DNA of 64,000 bases from a virus (IMGVR_UViG_2029527006_000005), one strand, 5' to 3'. Shown: positions 1 through 9,183, counted from the first letter of the stretch. The notes: generated from the letters alone by a model not told the origin. Translations and numbers: made by a program.

Positions 1-316
1 CATAAAATTCCTCAAATGAATTAGAAATATCATTGAAAGAAAGTTGTAGTACTTCAGATTCAAAGTCGTAGTTTAAATCCACGTCCTTATCACCAGTACT
101 TCTATTGTAATCCATGATTCCCATATAAAGGGTTTTACCCTGTGCCATATATAGTGACTGCTTGAGTGCACCTTCAGGAACGGGTACTTTATTGTGAATT
201 CGACCTTGTTCATACAAGCATGGATAACCATCTGTGTTTACCCAATTTGTAATTACAAAGGTTCCATTATCTTTAATAACATCGTTGAAGTACTTCAAAT
301 AATCTTGTCGAGTCAT
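1..316 (-). CDS. hypothetical protein, N-terminal 105 aa of a gene continuing past the window start
   Basis: minus-strand ORF with ATG at 314-316 (MTRQDYLKYFNDV...) stays open to position 1; not in the ORF track because there is no in-window stop. Confidence 0.4.
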   Translation of the reverse strand, partial: MTRQDYLKYFNDVIKDNGTFVITNWVNTDGYPCLYEQGRIHNKVPVPEGALKQSLYMAQGKTLYMGIMDYNRSTGDKDVDLNYDFESEVLQLSFNDISNSFEEFY

Positions 317-469
317 ACAATCTCCAGATGAAAAAAAGCCAATAGTAGATGATTTTACTATTGGCTTAAGGGCATAATACAAGATTATGCATTTTGGTAG
401 TTTGGGGAATATCATCACTACCGGAGAGATATTTTAAGTATTTATAAAAATGCCCCGGTACGGATGTTA

Positions 470-724
470 TTACCAACCAGTACTGAACTTTTCAGGTACA
501 CGTTCTTGGAAAGGCTTAACGTACCAACGATCATCTTCAGCTTCATAAGAAGTGAGTTCAGTTGGAATAACATGCTGTGAACCATCAACCCGGCTCCTTA
601 CGTGGAATAGTTTACCACTTTTATGAACATAGATACGTTCATTACTACGGAACTCTGGAAGTTCAACATAAACGCCATTGTTCCATGACTTTTGTAAATC
701 TTCTAAAATTTTGGAAAACTTCAT
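470..724 (-). CDS. hypothetical protein (84 aa)
   Basis: track ORF 470..814 trimmed to the internal ATG at 722-724, which is preceded by AGGAG; the longer N-terminus is a read-through of the tRNA-Gly gene. Confidence 0.5.
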   Translation of the reverse strand: MKFSKILEDLQKSWNNGVYVELPEFRSNERIYVHKSGKLFHVRSRVDGSQHVIPTELTSYEAEDDRWYVKPFQERVPEKFSTGW

Positions 725-741
725 TTTATTCTCCTTTAAAT

Positions 742-816
742 TGGTGCGGGTGGAGAGAATCGAACTCTCATCCAATGGGTGGAAGCCATTGATAATAACC
801 ATTATACGACACACGC
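742..816 (-). tRNA. tRNA-Gly (anticodon UCC)
   Basis: cloverleaf on the reverse complement: acceptor GCGTGTG/CACCCGC (one mismatch), anticodon stem CAATGG/CCATTG with loop CTTCCAC, T-arm GAGAG-TTCGATT-CTCTC, encoded CCA. Confidence 0.65.
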
Positions 817-851
817 GATTTTATTTTTTATAAGAAACATTTCTTGAAATT

Positions 852-1322
852 CTAGATATTTGCATATGATGCACACCAAAAAACTTCACCCAAATATCTA
901 CAGGTTTCACCATTTTTACGACGCATTCGAATTTCAATAACTTGTTCATCAGTTAGCTTACTATTTGTATTAGATGAACCTCTTTGTGCGGTAGCTAAAC
1001 CAGTTAGATAAGCATGTTGTGTATTTTCAGAATCGGTTGCCCATTCTAAATTACTTAAATTATTGTTTAATTTATTACCATCAATATGATTGACCGTTCG
1101 TTTTTGTTCTGGATTAGGTATAAATGCATCTGCAACAACTCTATGAATTTTAAAACATTTACATATTCCAGTACGTCCACCTATTCTAGTGGAAACTGTG
1201 TAATAACCATTCTTACTTATTGTTTGTTTTAAAACTTTTTGTGTTCGTTTACTGAACAATCTTCCTTGGTTGCTAACTTGAAAATATTCCTCATAGCCAA
1301 CAACATCTTTCCATTCTTCCAT
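852..1322 (-). CDS. HNH homing endonuclease
   Basis: motif NHIDGNKLNNNLSNLEWAT (HNH_3 type) and an N-terminal NUMOD/AP2-like region; typical phage mobile endonuclease. Confidence 0.8.
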   Translation of the reverse strand: MEEWKDVVGYEEYFQVSNQGRLFSKRTQKVLKQTISKNGYYTVSTRIGGRTGICKCFKIHRVVADAFIPNPEQKRTVNHIDGNKLNNNLSNLEWATDSENTQHAYLTGLATAQRGSSNTNSKLTDEQVIEIRMRRKNGETCRYLGEVFWCASYANI

Positions 1323-1635
1323 ACATATTCCATTAAAAAATGTAAGGCCACCTTTACCAATAAATGACTTCTTACCCGTTTTCTTCCAACTCTACGTGTA
1401 CACCCTAGTAGTGAGTTAGGATGTGATGGACTCGTGTCAGCTATAAAAGCTACTAGGGATATGGGTCACTAATTCCCTCACCATGTCTAGTACTGGCAAC
1501 AACCGCTCTAGTATTTTAATTCTTCTTTAATGCTGCGTTAATGAATTCCGACAATTGTTCTTTTGTCATTATCGGTTTTATCGGTCTATTAAGATTCTTT
1601 TTGCGTTTCATAATATCCTCTTTAATTAATAGGTG

Positions 1636-1824
1636 CTACATTTTATTTACATCAAAACGTAGCCAAAATACGTACCGAAAAGAGCGAAGCAACAATGCAA
1701 CATAGCAACTTTTCAACTGAGCAATCGAGTTTATAACCGTTTCCACAACCAAGCAAGATTTAATATCTGTAATAGTATACGGAGCAAACTCTTTTTTCAT
1801 CAAATGTCTCTCAAGGAGTAACAT
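1636..1824 (-). CDS. hypothetical small protein (62 aa)
   Basis: ORF track only; weak. Confidence 0.25.
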   Translation of the reverse strand: MLLLERHLMKKEFAPYTITDIKSCLVVETVINSIAQLKSCYVALLLRSFRYVFWLRFDVNKM

Positions 1825-1894
1825 TTAATACCATGTAGTATTAGATTTCTCTAATATGCTCTTTCCGGTAAGGGAGGTCAGCGGTTAAGCGACA

Positions 1895-2494
1895 TTATAG
1901 AACTTGTAGTGCCTTAAGCAATGGCTTGTGCTTATCATCAATCTCTACTTGTAGTAGGTTGTTGATATACGCTAGCTTATCGCTAACAGTCTCTTGCTCT
2001 TGTTTGAGTTCAACATAGACTTCGTTGAAATCATTGTGATCTTCTACTGCGTAACCAGCAACTTGTACTTCACTGTTTGAGTACATAGAACCTGAGTTCT
2101 TTGCTGCGTCCTGTACTTGACGTTTGATATTAAGTACACGCTTCTCTTGTGAATCTTTGCTTGGTGCGGTGAACTGTGCTAGTACACGCATTTTGGATTC
2201 AATTTGAACCTTACGGTTTAGTAGAGAATCGATACTGTCACCGTCCACAACTTGGCTATTAAGTGCCTGTACTGCTGCACGAATTTCGCTGATGACTTCT
2301 ACAACGATTAGGGATTGCACCACTGATAGTTTGTTAGAGTTTTCTACTGCTGAAATCACTGCTAGAATCTCTTCTTCGTCTGCACTGTGGTGTAGCTTTG
2401 CAGCACCAACACGTACTGATAGATGAGATTGTAGGTCTTTAACAAGACGGTGTGCTTTACGTAGACTTAGTTTCATATATTTTGGATTCTCCAA
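1895..2494 (-). CDS. hypothetical protein (199 aa, coiled-coil-like)
   Basis: long minus ORF packed tightly with its neighbours. Confidence 0.55.
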   Translation of the reverse strand: MENPKYMKLSLRKAHRLVKDLQSHLSVRVGAAKLHHSADEEEILAVISAVENSNKLSVVQSLIVVEVISEIRAAVQALNSQVVDGDSIDSLLNRKVQIESKMRVLAQFTAPSKDSQEKRVLNIKRQVQDAAKNSGSMYSNSEVQVAGYAVEDHNDFNEVYVELKQEQETVSDKLAYINNLLQVEIDDKHKPLLKALQVL

Positions 2495-2513
2495 TTAGCA
2501 AATTTACAATTTA

Positions 2514-2729
2514 TTAGGATAAGACAATGATATCGACTAATGCTTTGCTCGATTCAACATCAATGCAATCACTAAAATCTTCACCACTTTCTTCAACGAT
2601 ATCACCAGCTTTATAACTACTTACTGATGTACAACGCCCTAGAGCGTAATCGTCATATGGACAGGATTGAATAACAATCTCTGCGTCGGGATTCTTTTCA
2701 ATCACAGCGAGCAATTCGTTAGCTTTCAT
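2514..2729 (-). CDS. hypothetical protein (71 aa)
   Basis: ORF directly downstream of conserved promoter copy P1. Confidence 0.5.
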   Translation of the reverse strand: MKANELLAVIEKNPDAEIVIQSCPYDDYALGRCTSVSSYKAGDIVEESGEDFSDCIDVESSKALVDIIVLS

Positions 2730-2744
2730 ATCTTTCCTCTTGTA

Positions 2745-2785
2745 CGTATATTATATCACATAAACTTGATTTTGTCCCAAGTTTT
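2745..2785 (-). promoter_or_regulatory. conserved sigma70-like promoter (copy 1): CTTGGGACAAA-N-TGTGATATAAT on the minus strand
   Basis: plus strand reads attatatcaca(2750-2760)...tgtcccaag(2773-2781); extended -10 TGaTATAAT, -35-like GGGACA, 17-nt spacer. Confidence 0.6.
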
Positions 2786-2787
2786 TA

Positions 2788-3036
2788 TCATTTTCCGTTA
2801 AAAACATTTCTCGTTGCATTACGCTCGTCTTCAACATTGATAAGATTTTGAGACACCATACAGCCTTGAATATATCCAAGCCAACGGTGCTTCTTCGTTT
2901 CTGACATAGTATCAGATACCAATTCGTCAAGCATCCACGCTAGGTGGTGTCTCGATGTGGGATGGTCTGGATCATTTTCAGATTTAGTGTCCAGTACTTC
3001 TAAGTACCTTTGGCGTAGATCATCGTAGAAATTCAT
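2788..3036 (-). CDS. hypothetical protein (82 aa)
   Basis: ORF track. Confidence 0.45.
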   Translation of the reverse strand: MNFYDDLRQRYLEVLDTKSENDPDHPTSRHHLAWMLDELVSDTMSETKKHRWLGYIQGCMVSQNLINVEDERNATRNVFNGK

Positions 3037-3305
3037 TGATCGTATATTCCTGCGGTAAGTAGTAGATCGGCCATACCATGTGGACCCAACTTACGGTTGG
3101 AGTTGATCACAATAGTATAAGTGGGATCTTCATCGATGTTCTTCTGTACTGAAGTCCATGAACCAAATAGATGTTCATATCCGGGAACCATAATAGTACC
3201 TGCACCATAACCTTCACTTACTGCTTCAGCAACATCTTTCATTACGAGCGGCATAGGCACACCCGGTGGGGGTTGAATGCCAATTACAGTTAATAATGTG
3301 TTCAT
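3033..3305 (-). CDS. hypothetical protein (90 aa)
   Basis: ORF track; 4-nt overlap with the upstream gene. Confidence 0.5.
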   Translation of the reverse strand: MNTLLTVIGIQPPPGVPMPLVMKDVAEAVSEGYGAGTIMVPGYEHLFGSWTSVQKNIDEDPTYTIVINSNRKLGPHGMADLLLTAGIYDQ

Positions 3306-3319
3306 GATAACCTCATTTG

Positions 3320-3407
3320 TGGTGGGAGAGGCAAGGACTCGAACCTTGCATTGTCACTAGGACTAAGACACTGGAGATGCCTATGTATACCTTTCCATCA
3401 CTCTCCC
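3320..3407 (-). tRNA. tRNA, class II length (88 nt), isotype undetermined
   Basis: reverse complement has acceptor GGGAGAG/CTCTCCC, T-arm CAAGG-TTCGAGT-CCTTG and encoded CCA; anticodon arm could not be folded by eye. Confidence 0.5.
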
Positions 3408-3409
3408 GT

Positions 3410-3480
3410 TGGTGGACATGCTGGGAGTCCAACCCAGCCTCGGATTCGCCCTAACGGGAGAACCCAATCACGCAATCTGC
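3410..3480 (-). ncRNA. tRNA-like element or small stable RNA (non-canonical)
   Basis: T-arm-like CTGGG-TTGGACT-CCCAG followed by CATGTCCACCA, but no matching 5' acceptor strand; lies immediately after the preceding tRNA. Confidence 0.25.
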
Positions 3481-3481
3481 C

Positions 3482-3655
3482 CTAGTTTAAGAATGATAAT
3501 TCTTGACTGCATTCAACAAGTACAATCGAAATATCTTCAGGTTTAGTGAATTCTGCAAGTAATATTTCACGAGCATCAGTTGCTGTATGTGCCCGGACAA
3601 CCGTTAAGCCCGGAACAATACCTTCACCCTTTACACGAAAGATATAGTTAATCAT
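3482..3655 (-). CDS. hypothetical small protein (57 aa)
   Basis: ATG (3653-3655) overlaps the stop of the upstream gene (ATGA); MINYIFRVKGEGIVPG...; below the track cutoff. Confidence 0.3.
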   Translation of the reverse strand: MINYIFRVKGEGIVPGLTVVRAHTATDAREILLAEFTKPEDISIVLVECSQELSFLN

Positions 3656-3933
3656 AGTTTATTCATCGCTACAATTTCAATCTCGCAATAATCAGGCTTA
3701 TTCGATGAGTGACTGAATTCAGTACTCTGAATGTGCCGCTGTACATCATAGATAGAATCAAAACTACCATCATCCAACCATGCAATACATGATTCATTAA
3801 CAGTTTCAGTACTATACTTCCAGCCTAAACCACTACCATCAGGGACTTTATCATGAACCTTATAACTATAACGTATAAAATACTTACTCATCTTCCCATA
3901 CCTCTTCTGGAATGTGTGGCGGTTGATAACCAT
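3652..3933 (-). CDS. hypothetical protein (93 aa)
   Basis: ORF track. Confidence 0.5.
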   Translation of the reverse strand: MVINRHTFQKRYGKMSKYFIRYSYKVHDKVPDGSGLGWKYSTETVNESCIAWLDDGSFDSIYDVQRHIQSTEFSHSSNKPDYCEIEIVAMNKL

Positions 3934-4135
3934 TTAGTTCTTTAACTTCTTCTTCGAACCAAATAAAATTACCCTGTGAATCAGTACCGTAAAAACGTTT
4001 ATGAAGTTCATCGTACTTGTAACCTTTAGCACGTGCTTCATCATAAAACTGTTTCAAGTTCACGTATACTCCATAGACTTCAGTGCGTTCTGAATCAATG
4101 TAATCAGTTTCTTTCAAAATCACAACGACTTGCAT
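3884..4135 (-). CDS. hypothetical protein (83 aa or shorter)
   Basis: ORF track; its start overlaps the upstream gene so the true start may be internal. Confidence 0.4.
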   Translation of the reverse strand: MQVVVILKETDYIDSERTEVYGVYVNLKQFYDEARAKGYKYDELHKRFYGTDSQGNFIWFEEEVKELNGYQPPHIPEEVWEDE

Positions 4136-4551
4136 TAGTAACGCCTCCTGTCAACTGAAAACTTATTAATCTCTTCTTTAGCTAAACCTAAAAGAAGTTC
4201 AAGTTTATGTACTAACTCATATGGTAACACATTATCACTCATTGTGCTAGCTTGAAATCCATCTTCTTCAGAATGTGGTACGTAGTACTCAGAAGTACGG
4301 TTAAGATTTCTTAATAATTGTACCATCACCAATGGACTTAGGGGATTATTATTCTGTTGAAGTACTACCTCTTCTTCTTTAGTTGGCTCCAAATCAGGAA
4401 GAGATATAGTATTTGTAAGACGATCAAACGTAATACGCTGACTTGCACTCCTGATGAATAAACGGTGTGGTGCACCGCTTACGAAGCCGAAAGTGAAGTC
4501 TTCAGCAAACATCATATCATCAAATAACTTTCTGTACAACTCAATGTTCAC
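4135..4551 (-). CDS. hypothetical protein (138 aa)
   Basis: ORF track. Confidence 0.5.
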   Translation of the reverse strand: MNIELYRKLFDDMMFAEDFTFGFVSGAPHRLFIRSASQRITFDRLTNTISLPDLEPTKEEEVVLQQNNNPLSPLVMVQLLRNLNRTSEYYVPHSEEDGFQASTMSDNVLPYELVHKLELLLGLAKEEINKFSVDRRRY

Positions 4552-5041
4552 GATTCATCTCCGCAAAAAACATTTCACGTGCACGTTCTACTACATCAAT
4601 GTAGAACCCCAAGTCAGTACAGGAAAGCTGGAATCTTTCTTCCTCGGAATTATACGTGTATTCCGCATCACTGAACCAGAATCCATTATACTTCAATAAA
4701 ATCTGTGAGTCAACTGCATCATGCAATTCATCACGATAATATTCAGGTGGAACACCGTACTCACTAGTGTTGAAGTGAAACATCTGGTAGATGCTCAATT
4801 CTTTAAAATCCGGGAGATAATGGAAATGGTAATTTTCAGTGAATAGATGTACTTCATTTGAATTGGAACTATTACAGTACTCACTGAAGTACTGTTCAGT
4901 GTCAACAGTGTCACGATATCCGTCTTCACCATCGTCTACCCAAACAAAAAAAGATGGCTCATCTAAGAAACCATCTTCCAAATTGTCTAAATCTTTACTT
5001 AGGTGTTCAAACATACCTTTTTGTCTGATCAGTTCTTTCAT
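4541..5041 (-). CDS. member of the EEE-FFQ-ST small-protein family
   Basis: C-terminal SEEERFQLSCTDLGFY matches the motif shared by at least 14 other ORFs in the window. Confidence 0.55.
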   Translation of the reverse strand: MKELIRQKGMFEHLSKDLDNLEDGFLDEPSFFVWVDDGEDGYRDTVDTEQYFSEYCNSSNSNEVHLFTENYHFHYLPDFKELSIYQMFHFNTSEYGVPPEYYRDELHDAVDSQILLKYNGFWFSDAEYTYNSEEERFQLSCTDLGFYIDVVERAREMFFAEMNREH

Positions 5042-5044
5042 AGT

Positions 5045-5461
5045 TCAGTACCTCATATTAGATATATTAGTCCACACTTCATGAACTTCTGACCGTTCTG
5101 TGAGTTTTTGCATCTCATTATAAATTTCAATAATTATAGTGATTTCATCACGAGATATATAATTATTAAGTTCTTTTAAAATATCAAATGTAAACCCAAA
5201 TGGTAAATCTATTCTACGGGTTGAAGAATTACAAAGAGAAAGAACTATTTTAGTTCTTAGAAGAAATATAGTACTGTATTCTTCTTCTGTTCCATTATAT
5301 AACTTAAAACGCCATATTAAATTTCCATCATATGGACTCATTACATTACTGTACTCTACTAAATGTAGATTTTCATGTACAGTAAAATGCCAGTTATGTA
5401 AGTCTCTTAATGTTTCAGTACTCTTAATATGAAAATATAAATCTATTAAATCATTAATCAT
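5045..5461 (-). CDS. hypothetical protein (138 aa)
   Basis: ORF track. Confidence 0.5.
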   Translation of the reverse strand: MINDLIDLYFHIKSTETLRDLHNWHFTVHENLHLVEYSNVMSPYDGNLIWRFKLYNGTEEEYSTIFLLRTKIVLSLCNSSTRRIDLPFGFTFDILKELNNYISRDEITIIIEIYNEMQKLTERSEVHEVWTNISNMRY

Positions 5462-5689
5462 ATAGTACCTCTTTAATTAAAATAAATCACTCAAGGCATA
5501 GCCAGTCGTTCCCAATCTTTACCACATAACCCTTGCATTTATCTTTCAGGTAGCGACCCTGATACATCCACGATGTTATGAGATTCCCTTATATTATACT
5601 TCGAAATATAATATATTGATGAGTGATTTAAAATCGTGTGAACATCAACAGTAGATGGGACTGATGACCTCGGATGCCGAAGCAGTTGC

Positions 5690-5735
5690 CTGATGTTCGT
5701 GGTAGGAAGTCTTGGATTCGAACCAAGTAATCGAG
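5690..5735 (-). other. isolated tRNA-like T-arm plus CCA element inside a 470-nt non-coding stretch
   Basis: reverse complement CTTGG-TTCGAAT-CCAAG-ACTTCCT-A-CCA with no matching 5' acceptor strand nearby. Confidence 0.25.
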
Positions 5736-5943
5736 CGATCAACCTCAACCTAACCCCACGCATACTGTCTCCATTCCAAATCGCTTCTAGACGCTTTCTG
5801 GACTCTCTGAGAGTAATTGCCGGTTCAACCTATTGTAATGCTACTAACTCGGCTCCCCATTACCGTACTTGGACTTGACCTTATTACAGGTTGGTGTGTA
5901 TGCTTAACCGCTTATACACTAGCTTTTTGCTTTCACATTGTAG

Positions 5944-6015
5944 TACTCTATAACAGAATCGAACTGTTCTTTCTGGCGTGAAAGGACAACGTCCTAACCG
6001 ATAGACGAATAGAGT
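5944..6015 (-). ncRNA. tRNA-like element (perfect acceptor and T-arm, non-canonical D/anticodon region)
   Basis: acceptor ACTCTAT/ATAGAGT, T-arm AACAG-TTCGATT-CTGTT, internal hairpin CTTTC-ACGCCA-GAAAG with a 6-nt loop; no encoded CCA. Confidence 0.35.
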
Positions 6016-6017
6016 AG

Positions 6018-6094
6018 TGGTACGGCGTACTGGATTTTAACCAATAACACCCGGATTAAAAATCCGGTGCTCTAAACAATTGAGCTAACACCGC
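6018..6094 (-). tRNA. tRNA-Lys (anticodon UUU)
   Basis: reverse complement GCGGTGT-TAGCTCAATTGTTTAGAGCA-CCGGA-TTTTTAA-TCCGG...; acceptor pairs; encoded CCA. Confidence 0.75.
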
Positions 6095-6096
6095 AT

Positions 6097-6173
6097 TGGC
6101 AGTCCTGACGGGCTACGATCCCGCGACCTCTCGCGTGACAGGCGAGTATTGTGACCAACTCAACTACAGGACT
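6097..6173 (-). tRNA. tRNA-Asp (anticodon GUC)
   Basis: acceptor AGTCCTG/CAGGACT, anticodon stem CTCGC/GCGAG with loop CTGTCAC, T-arm CGCGGGATCGTAGCCCG, discriminator G plus CCA. Confidence 0.75.
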
Positions 6174-6189
6174 AAATTTATGAGGATTA

Positions 6190-6855
6190 TCAATCCTCAT
6201 CTTTTCTCAAACGATCATGTTCTTCTCTGTGACAATTTGCACATACTAAAACACATTTATCTAATTCCGGTTGCATCGTCTTAAATGAGCGTGTAGAACC
6301 AGTTTTGGATATTGAGAAATCTTTTTGCGTAGGATCTAAATGGTGAAATTCAAGGGCTGCTATGCATTTATCATAACCGCACATGGTGCATTTACCACCT
6401 TTATATTCTACTGCTTTCAATTTAAGTTGTCTGCGATGTTCGGTAATTTTCGCATTCTTACATGGCTTACATACGTATCTACCATTATTATATGGTGAGT
6501 ATTCACATTGGTGAATATCACAGAACTTACCTTTATTGCTGACAACTTTATATGAATTTTCTTTTCCAAGAGTAATAGATTCAGATGATGTTCTTATTTG
6601 AATTCCGTTACGCTTAAGTACTGAGAGTATTGTATTTCTCGCACAAGAAAATTGTTTTCTAATTTCATTGGCTGATTTCCCAGAATTATACAAATCAATG
6701 ATTTCTTGTTCTGGTAGTTTCTTCCTCAATGTCTCCGCACGTTTTCGTTTGGATTCATCTGAGTGTACTCTCGTTTTATTAAAATGAGATAATGAACAAC
6801 TTCTGTTACAAAACTCATCATTTGTGGTGTGTTTACCACAATGTTTACATTCCAT
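6190..6855 (-). CDS. HNH endonuclease with zinc-ribbon and HTH modules
   Basis: C-terminal EFHHLDP...CANCHREEH HNH motif and multiple CxxC pairs; central NSGKSANEIRKQF...RNGIQIR HTH-like segment; sits between tRNA genes. Confidence 0.7.
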   Translation of the reverse strand: MECKHCGKHTTNDEFCNRSCSLSHFNKTRVHSDESKRKRAETLRKKLPEQEIIDLYNSGKSANEIRKQFSCARNTILSVLKRNGIQIRTSSESITLGKENSYKVVSNKGKFCDIHQCEYSPYNNGRYVCKPCKNAKITEHRRQLKLKAVEYKGGKCTMCGYDKCIAALEFHHLDPTQKDFSISKTGSTRSFKTMQPELDKCVLVCANCHREEHDRLRKDED

Positions 6856-6921
6856 GTATTAACCTCTGACATAATAAATCTTTTCTTTATTTATGTCAAT
6901 GGATCATTTAAGGAATGTAAG

Positions 6922-7010
6922 TGGCGGTTCCTGCTGGATTCGAACCAGCGGTGGAGATTTCTCTCGACAGCTTAACAGGCTGGCATCATCGGCCTCTCGA
7001 TCAAAGAACC
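6922..7010 (-). tRNA. class II (long variable arm) tRNA, anticodon loop reads CTGTTAA (GUU?); possibly Tyr/Leu-derived
   Basis: acceptor GGTTCTT/AGGAACC, T-arm GCTGG-TTCGAAT-CCAGC, variable hairpin GAGA-GAAA-TCTC, encoded CCA; the anticodon assignment is uncertain. Confidence 0.55.
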
Positions 7011-7013
7011 TTG

Positions 7014-7094
7014 TGGTCGGTGTGAGAGGATTCGAACCTCTGAAAACCCCTCCGTCCCAAACGGAGTGCTCTGACCAGACTGAGCTACACACCG
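7014..7094 (-). tRNA. tRNA-Pro (anticodon UGG)
   Basis: acceptor CGGTGTG/CACACCG, anticodon stem CTCCG/CGGAG with loop TTTGGGA, T-arm AGAGG-TTCGAAT-CCTCT, CCA. Confidence 0.7.
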
Positions 7095-7222
7095 ATACTG
7101 AAATCCATTTTTGTTTTTTTATATCCGAAAAAAGTAATTGCTGTTGGATTTCGTTTTACTAGAATCTATTTTGTTTTCACCATTGAATTTTGAATTTAAT
7201 TGCTGTTAGATTCTAAATTACA

Positions 7223-7528
7223 TTATAGCTGAATATTTCCAACTTGTAAAGTCGTTTTCTTAGCTTCCGCTGGTACTGGCTCGTTTACTGGAACATCCTC
7301 TATATTGTTTGTTGTGGACTCTTCAGGGACTTCATCAAGAAGAGTACCGTTACGCATTTTGATTAGTACTTCAGGAATGATACCCTTCTGTACGTCATCA
7401 TACATTGAAACTACTGTTTCTATACAAGCACAAAGTTCACGTACTTTGTACTGATAACCTTGAGGAAGAGGTTTGACAACTTCAAGTACTTCCTCAAGTT
7501 TTTGTAATAATTCTTTATGTACTGACAT
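7223..7528 (-). CDS. hypothetical protein (about 101 aa)
   Basis: track ORF 7223..7615 trimmed to the ATG at 7526-7528, which follows AGAGGT. Confidence 0.45.
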   Translation of the reverse strand: MSVHKELLQKLEEVLEVVKPLPQGYQYKVRELCACIETVVSMYDDVQKGIIPEVLIKMRNGTLLDEVPEESTTNNIEDVPVNEPVPAEAKKTTLQVGNIQL

Positions 7529-7648
7529 AGTTACCTCTAAGGGGTAGTAATATACCTTTGGGTCTTTCGGGATTACTCGATTACGTCCGGTACTACAAAC
7601 CCTTATTCCCAACATAAAGGACGCCTATGAGCTTAACCAGTATATTAC

Positions 7649-7897
7649 TTATTCTTTAGCCAAACGAATCTCATTGCCAGTTTTGTAAGCAATAACTCCG
7701 TCACCTAGATCATTACGACCTTCGACTAGATTACTAGCATCTACTGTCTTGGTATGAACACCGTCAGCCATAGCTGCTACTGACATAATTGTTGATACAA
7801 GTTCTTCGATTTTAACTGCGTACTGTTCAGGTAGGTCTTGAGTTGCATCAATAATACCTTGTGCGTATGCTGCTAGTGTTTCTAAACGTTCGTTCAT
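7649..7897 (-). CDS. hypothetical protein (82 aa)
   Basis: ORF track. Confidence 0.5.
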   Translation of the reverse strand: MNERLETLAAYAQGIIDATQDLPEQYAVKIEELVSTIMSVAAMADGVHTKTVDASNLVEGRNDLGDGVIAYKTGNEIRLAKE

Positions 7898-7905
7898 ATA
7901 TAGCC

Positions 7906-7989
7906 TTTAATTAATGGTGTGGGATGATGGATTTGAACCACCGTACCAATCGGAGTGGATTTACAGTCCACCACATTTAACCGCTCTGC
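7906..7989 (-). tRNA. tRNA-Tyr (anticodon GUA)
   Basis: acceptor GTGGGAT/ATCCCAC, anticodon stem GTGGA/TCCAC with loop CTGTAAA, long variable arm, T-arm GGTGG-TTCAAAT-CCATC, CCA. Confidence 0.7.
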
Positions 7990-8007
7990 CAATCCCACAT
8001 TGTTATT

Positions 8008-8379
8008 TTATTTATTTCTCAATTTCCATAGTACTTCAGAGAGATATTCATAGAATTCCCAAGAGAATCCGATATCTTTAGTAGTACTCATTTGGAAATG
8101 TTCTTCTTCTGACTGTGGCATTTCAAATTCACAACGATCATAGATATCATCTTCTGAATCACCAGTTTCGAACATTACATCCAAAACAAAACTTATGTCC
8201 CAAGTTTTACGATTAAGAGCAATTACAAATCTTACACTTGCTGTATCTTCGTTACTACGCCACTTCAATATTAAATTATCGAGGTATTGTATTTTATTAT
8301 ACGAAGAACTCATGTTAGTACCATTTAGGAAGTTTTTAATTTCGCGGAGTACTACTTTTTCAAAATCATCAAATGTCAT
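8008..8379 (-). CDS. EEE-FFQ-ST family protein
   Basis: C-terminal SEEEHFQMSTTKDIGFSWEFYEYL; tandem paralog of the next gene; trimmed to an internal Met to avoid overlap. Confidence 0.55.
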   Translation of the reverse strand: MTFDDFEKVVLREIKNFLNGTNMSSSYNKIQYLDNLILKWRSNEDTASVRFVIALNRKTWDISFVLDVMFETGDSEDDIYDRCEFEMPQSEEEHFQMSTTKDIGFSWEFYEYLSEVLWKLRNK

Positions 8380-8381
8380 AA

Positions 8382-8738
8382 TTACTCCATACGAAGTATA
8401 TCTTCTAAGTACTGGTAGAATTCCCAACTGAAGTACATATCTTTTACTGTACTCTCTTGAAAGTATTCTTCTTCAGACTCAGGTATATTTGATACCCAAA
8501 ATGATGTTCTGTCATTACCATCATCCATTTTCAGTACTATATCAAAGATAATTCTTCTGGTAATATAGTTGTATGATAACTGTACTTCAGCATCGCTATT
8601 ATCTTTTGGGGTTCTGAATGTTAAAATTATGAGTCTGAAAAGATCATAATTAGTATCTCTGTCTTTACGAGCAGGACCACAATTAAAGAAGTAATCGATT
8701 TGTTCTCTGAACATTACTTCCAATTCAGGACGTGTCAT
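8382..8738 (-). CDS. EEE-FFQ-ST family protein
   Basis: C-terminal SEEEYFQESTVKDMYFSWEFYQYL. Confidence 0.6.
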   Translation of the reverse strand: MTRPELEVMFREQIDYFFNCGPARKDRDTNYDLFRLIILTFRTPKDNSDAEVQLSYNYITRRIIFDIVLKMDDGNDRTSFWVSNIPESEEEYFQESTVKDMYFSWEFYQYLEDILRME

Positions 8739-8799
8739 AGCTAGAATCCTTTTTTTATTTTCTAAGCATGAAATTTGATTGCTGTAAGATTCTGTAATA

Positions 8800-9075
8800 C
8801 TATAGTTTATCAGTTATAGTGATAAAAAATTCAGTCATTTTTAAACCTTCATATTTTATTGATGATTCTATATTTTCATCATCACTTATTGTGAAAGTTG
8901 CAGTGTTTGTTTGCGTCTGACGACATGACCATGATTTAGCATAATAACCATATTTTTCTTTGATTTTCTTTTGAATTTCATAACAAATTGTACGGTCATC
9001 AACTTCATCATTAGAGTCATGAATATATTCAAAATTTGTTCCATCTTCACTAATATTAAAAAAATATTTATGCAT
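8800..9075 (-). CDS. hypothetical protein (91 aa)
   Basis: ORF track. Confidence 0.5.
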   Translation of the reverse strand: MHKYFFNISEDGTNFEYIHDSNDEVDDRTICYEIQKKIKEKYGYYAKSWSCRQTQTNTATFTISDDENIESSIKYEGLKMTEFFITITDKL

Positions 9076-9090
9076 TTATTATTCCAGATT

Positions 9091-9183
9091 TGGAGGTAGA
9101 TGTGAGATTTGAACTCACGAGCCGCTATTAACGGCTGCCAATTTTCAAGATTGGTGCAATAAGCCAGCCTCTGCCAATCTACC
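9091..9183 (-). tRNA. tRNA-Ser (anticodon UGA)
   Basis: acceptor GGTAGAT/ATCTACC, anticodon stem ACCAAT/ATTGG with loop CTTGAAA, long variable arm CAGCCGTTAATAGCGGCTCG, T-arm GTGAG-TTCAAAT-CTCAC, CCA. Confidence 0.75.

Noticed and set aside
725-814. N-terminal 30 codons of track ORF 470..814, and likewise the first 35 codons of 35027..35356
   Set aside because: These codons are the translation of tRNA genes (742..816 and 35272..35362). Internal ATGs with good Shine-Dalgarno sequences give the real starts.
6893-7162. ORFs 6893..7162(+) and 6904..7092(-)
   Set aside because: They fall entirely within the class II tRNA / tRNA-Pro pair and its flanks. The peptide sequences are tRNA read-through (e.g. 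VGVRGFEPLKTPPS).
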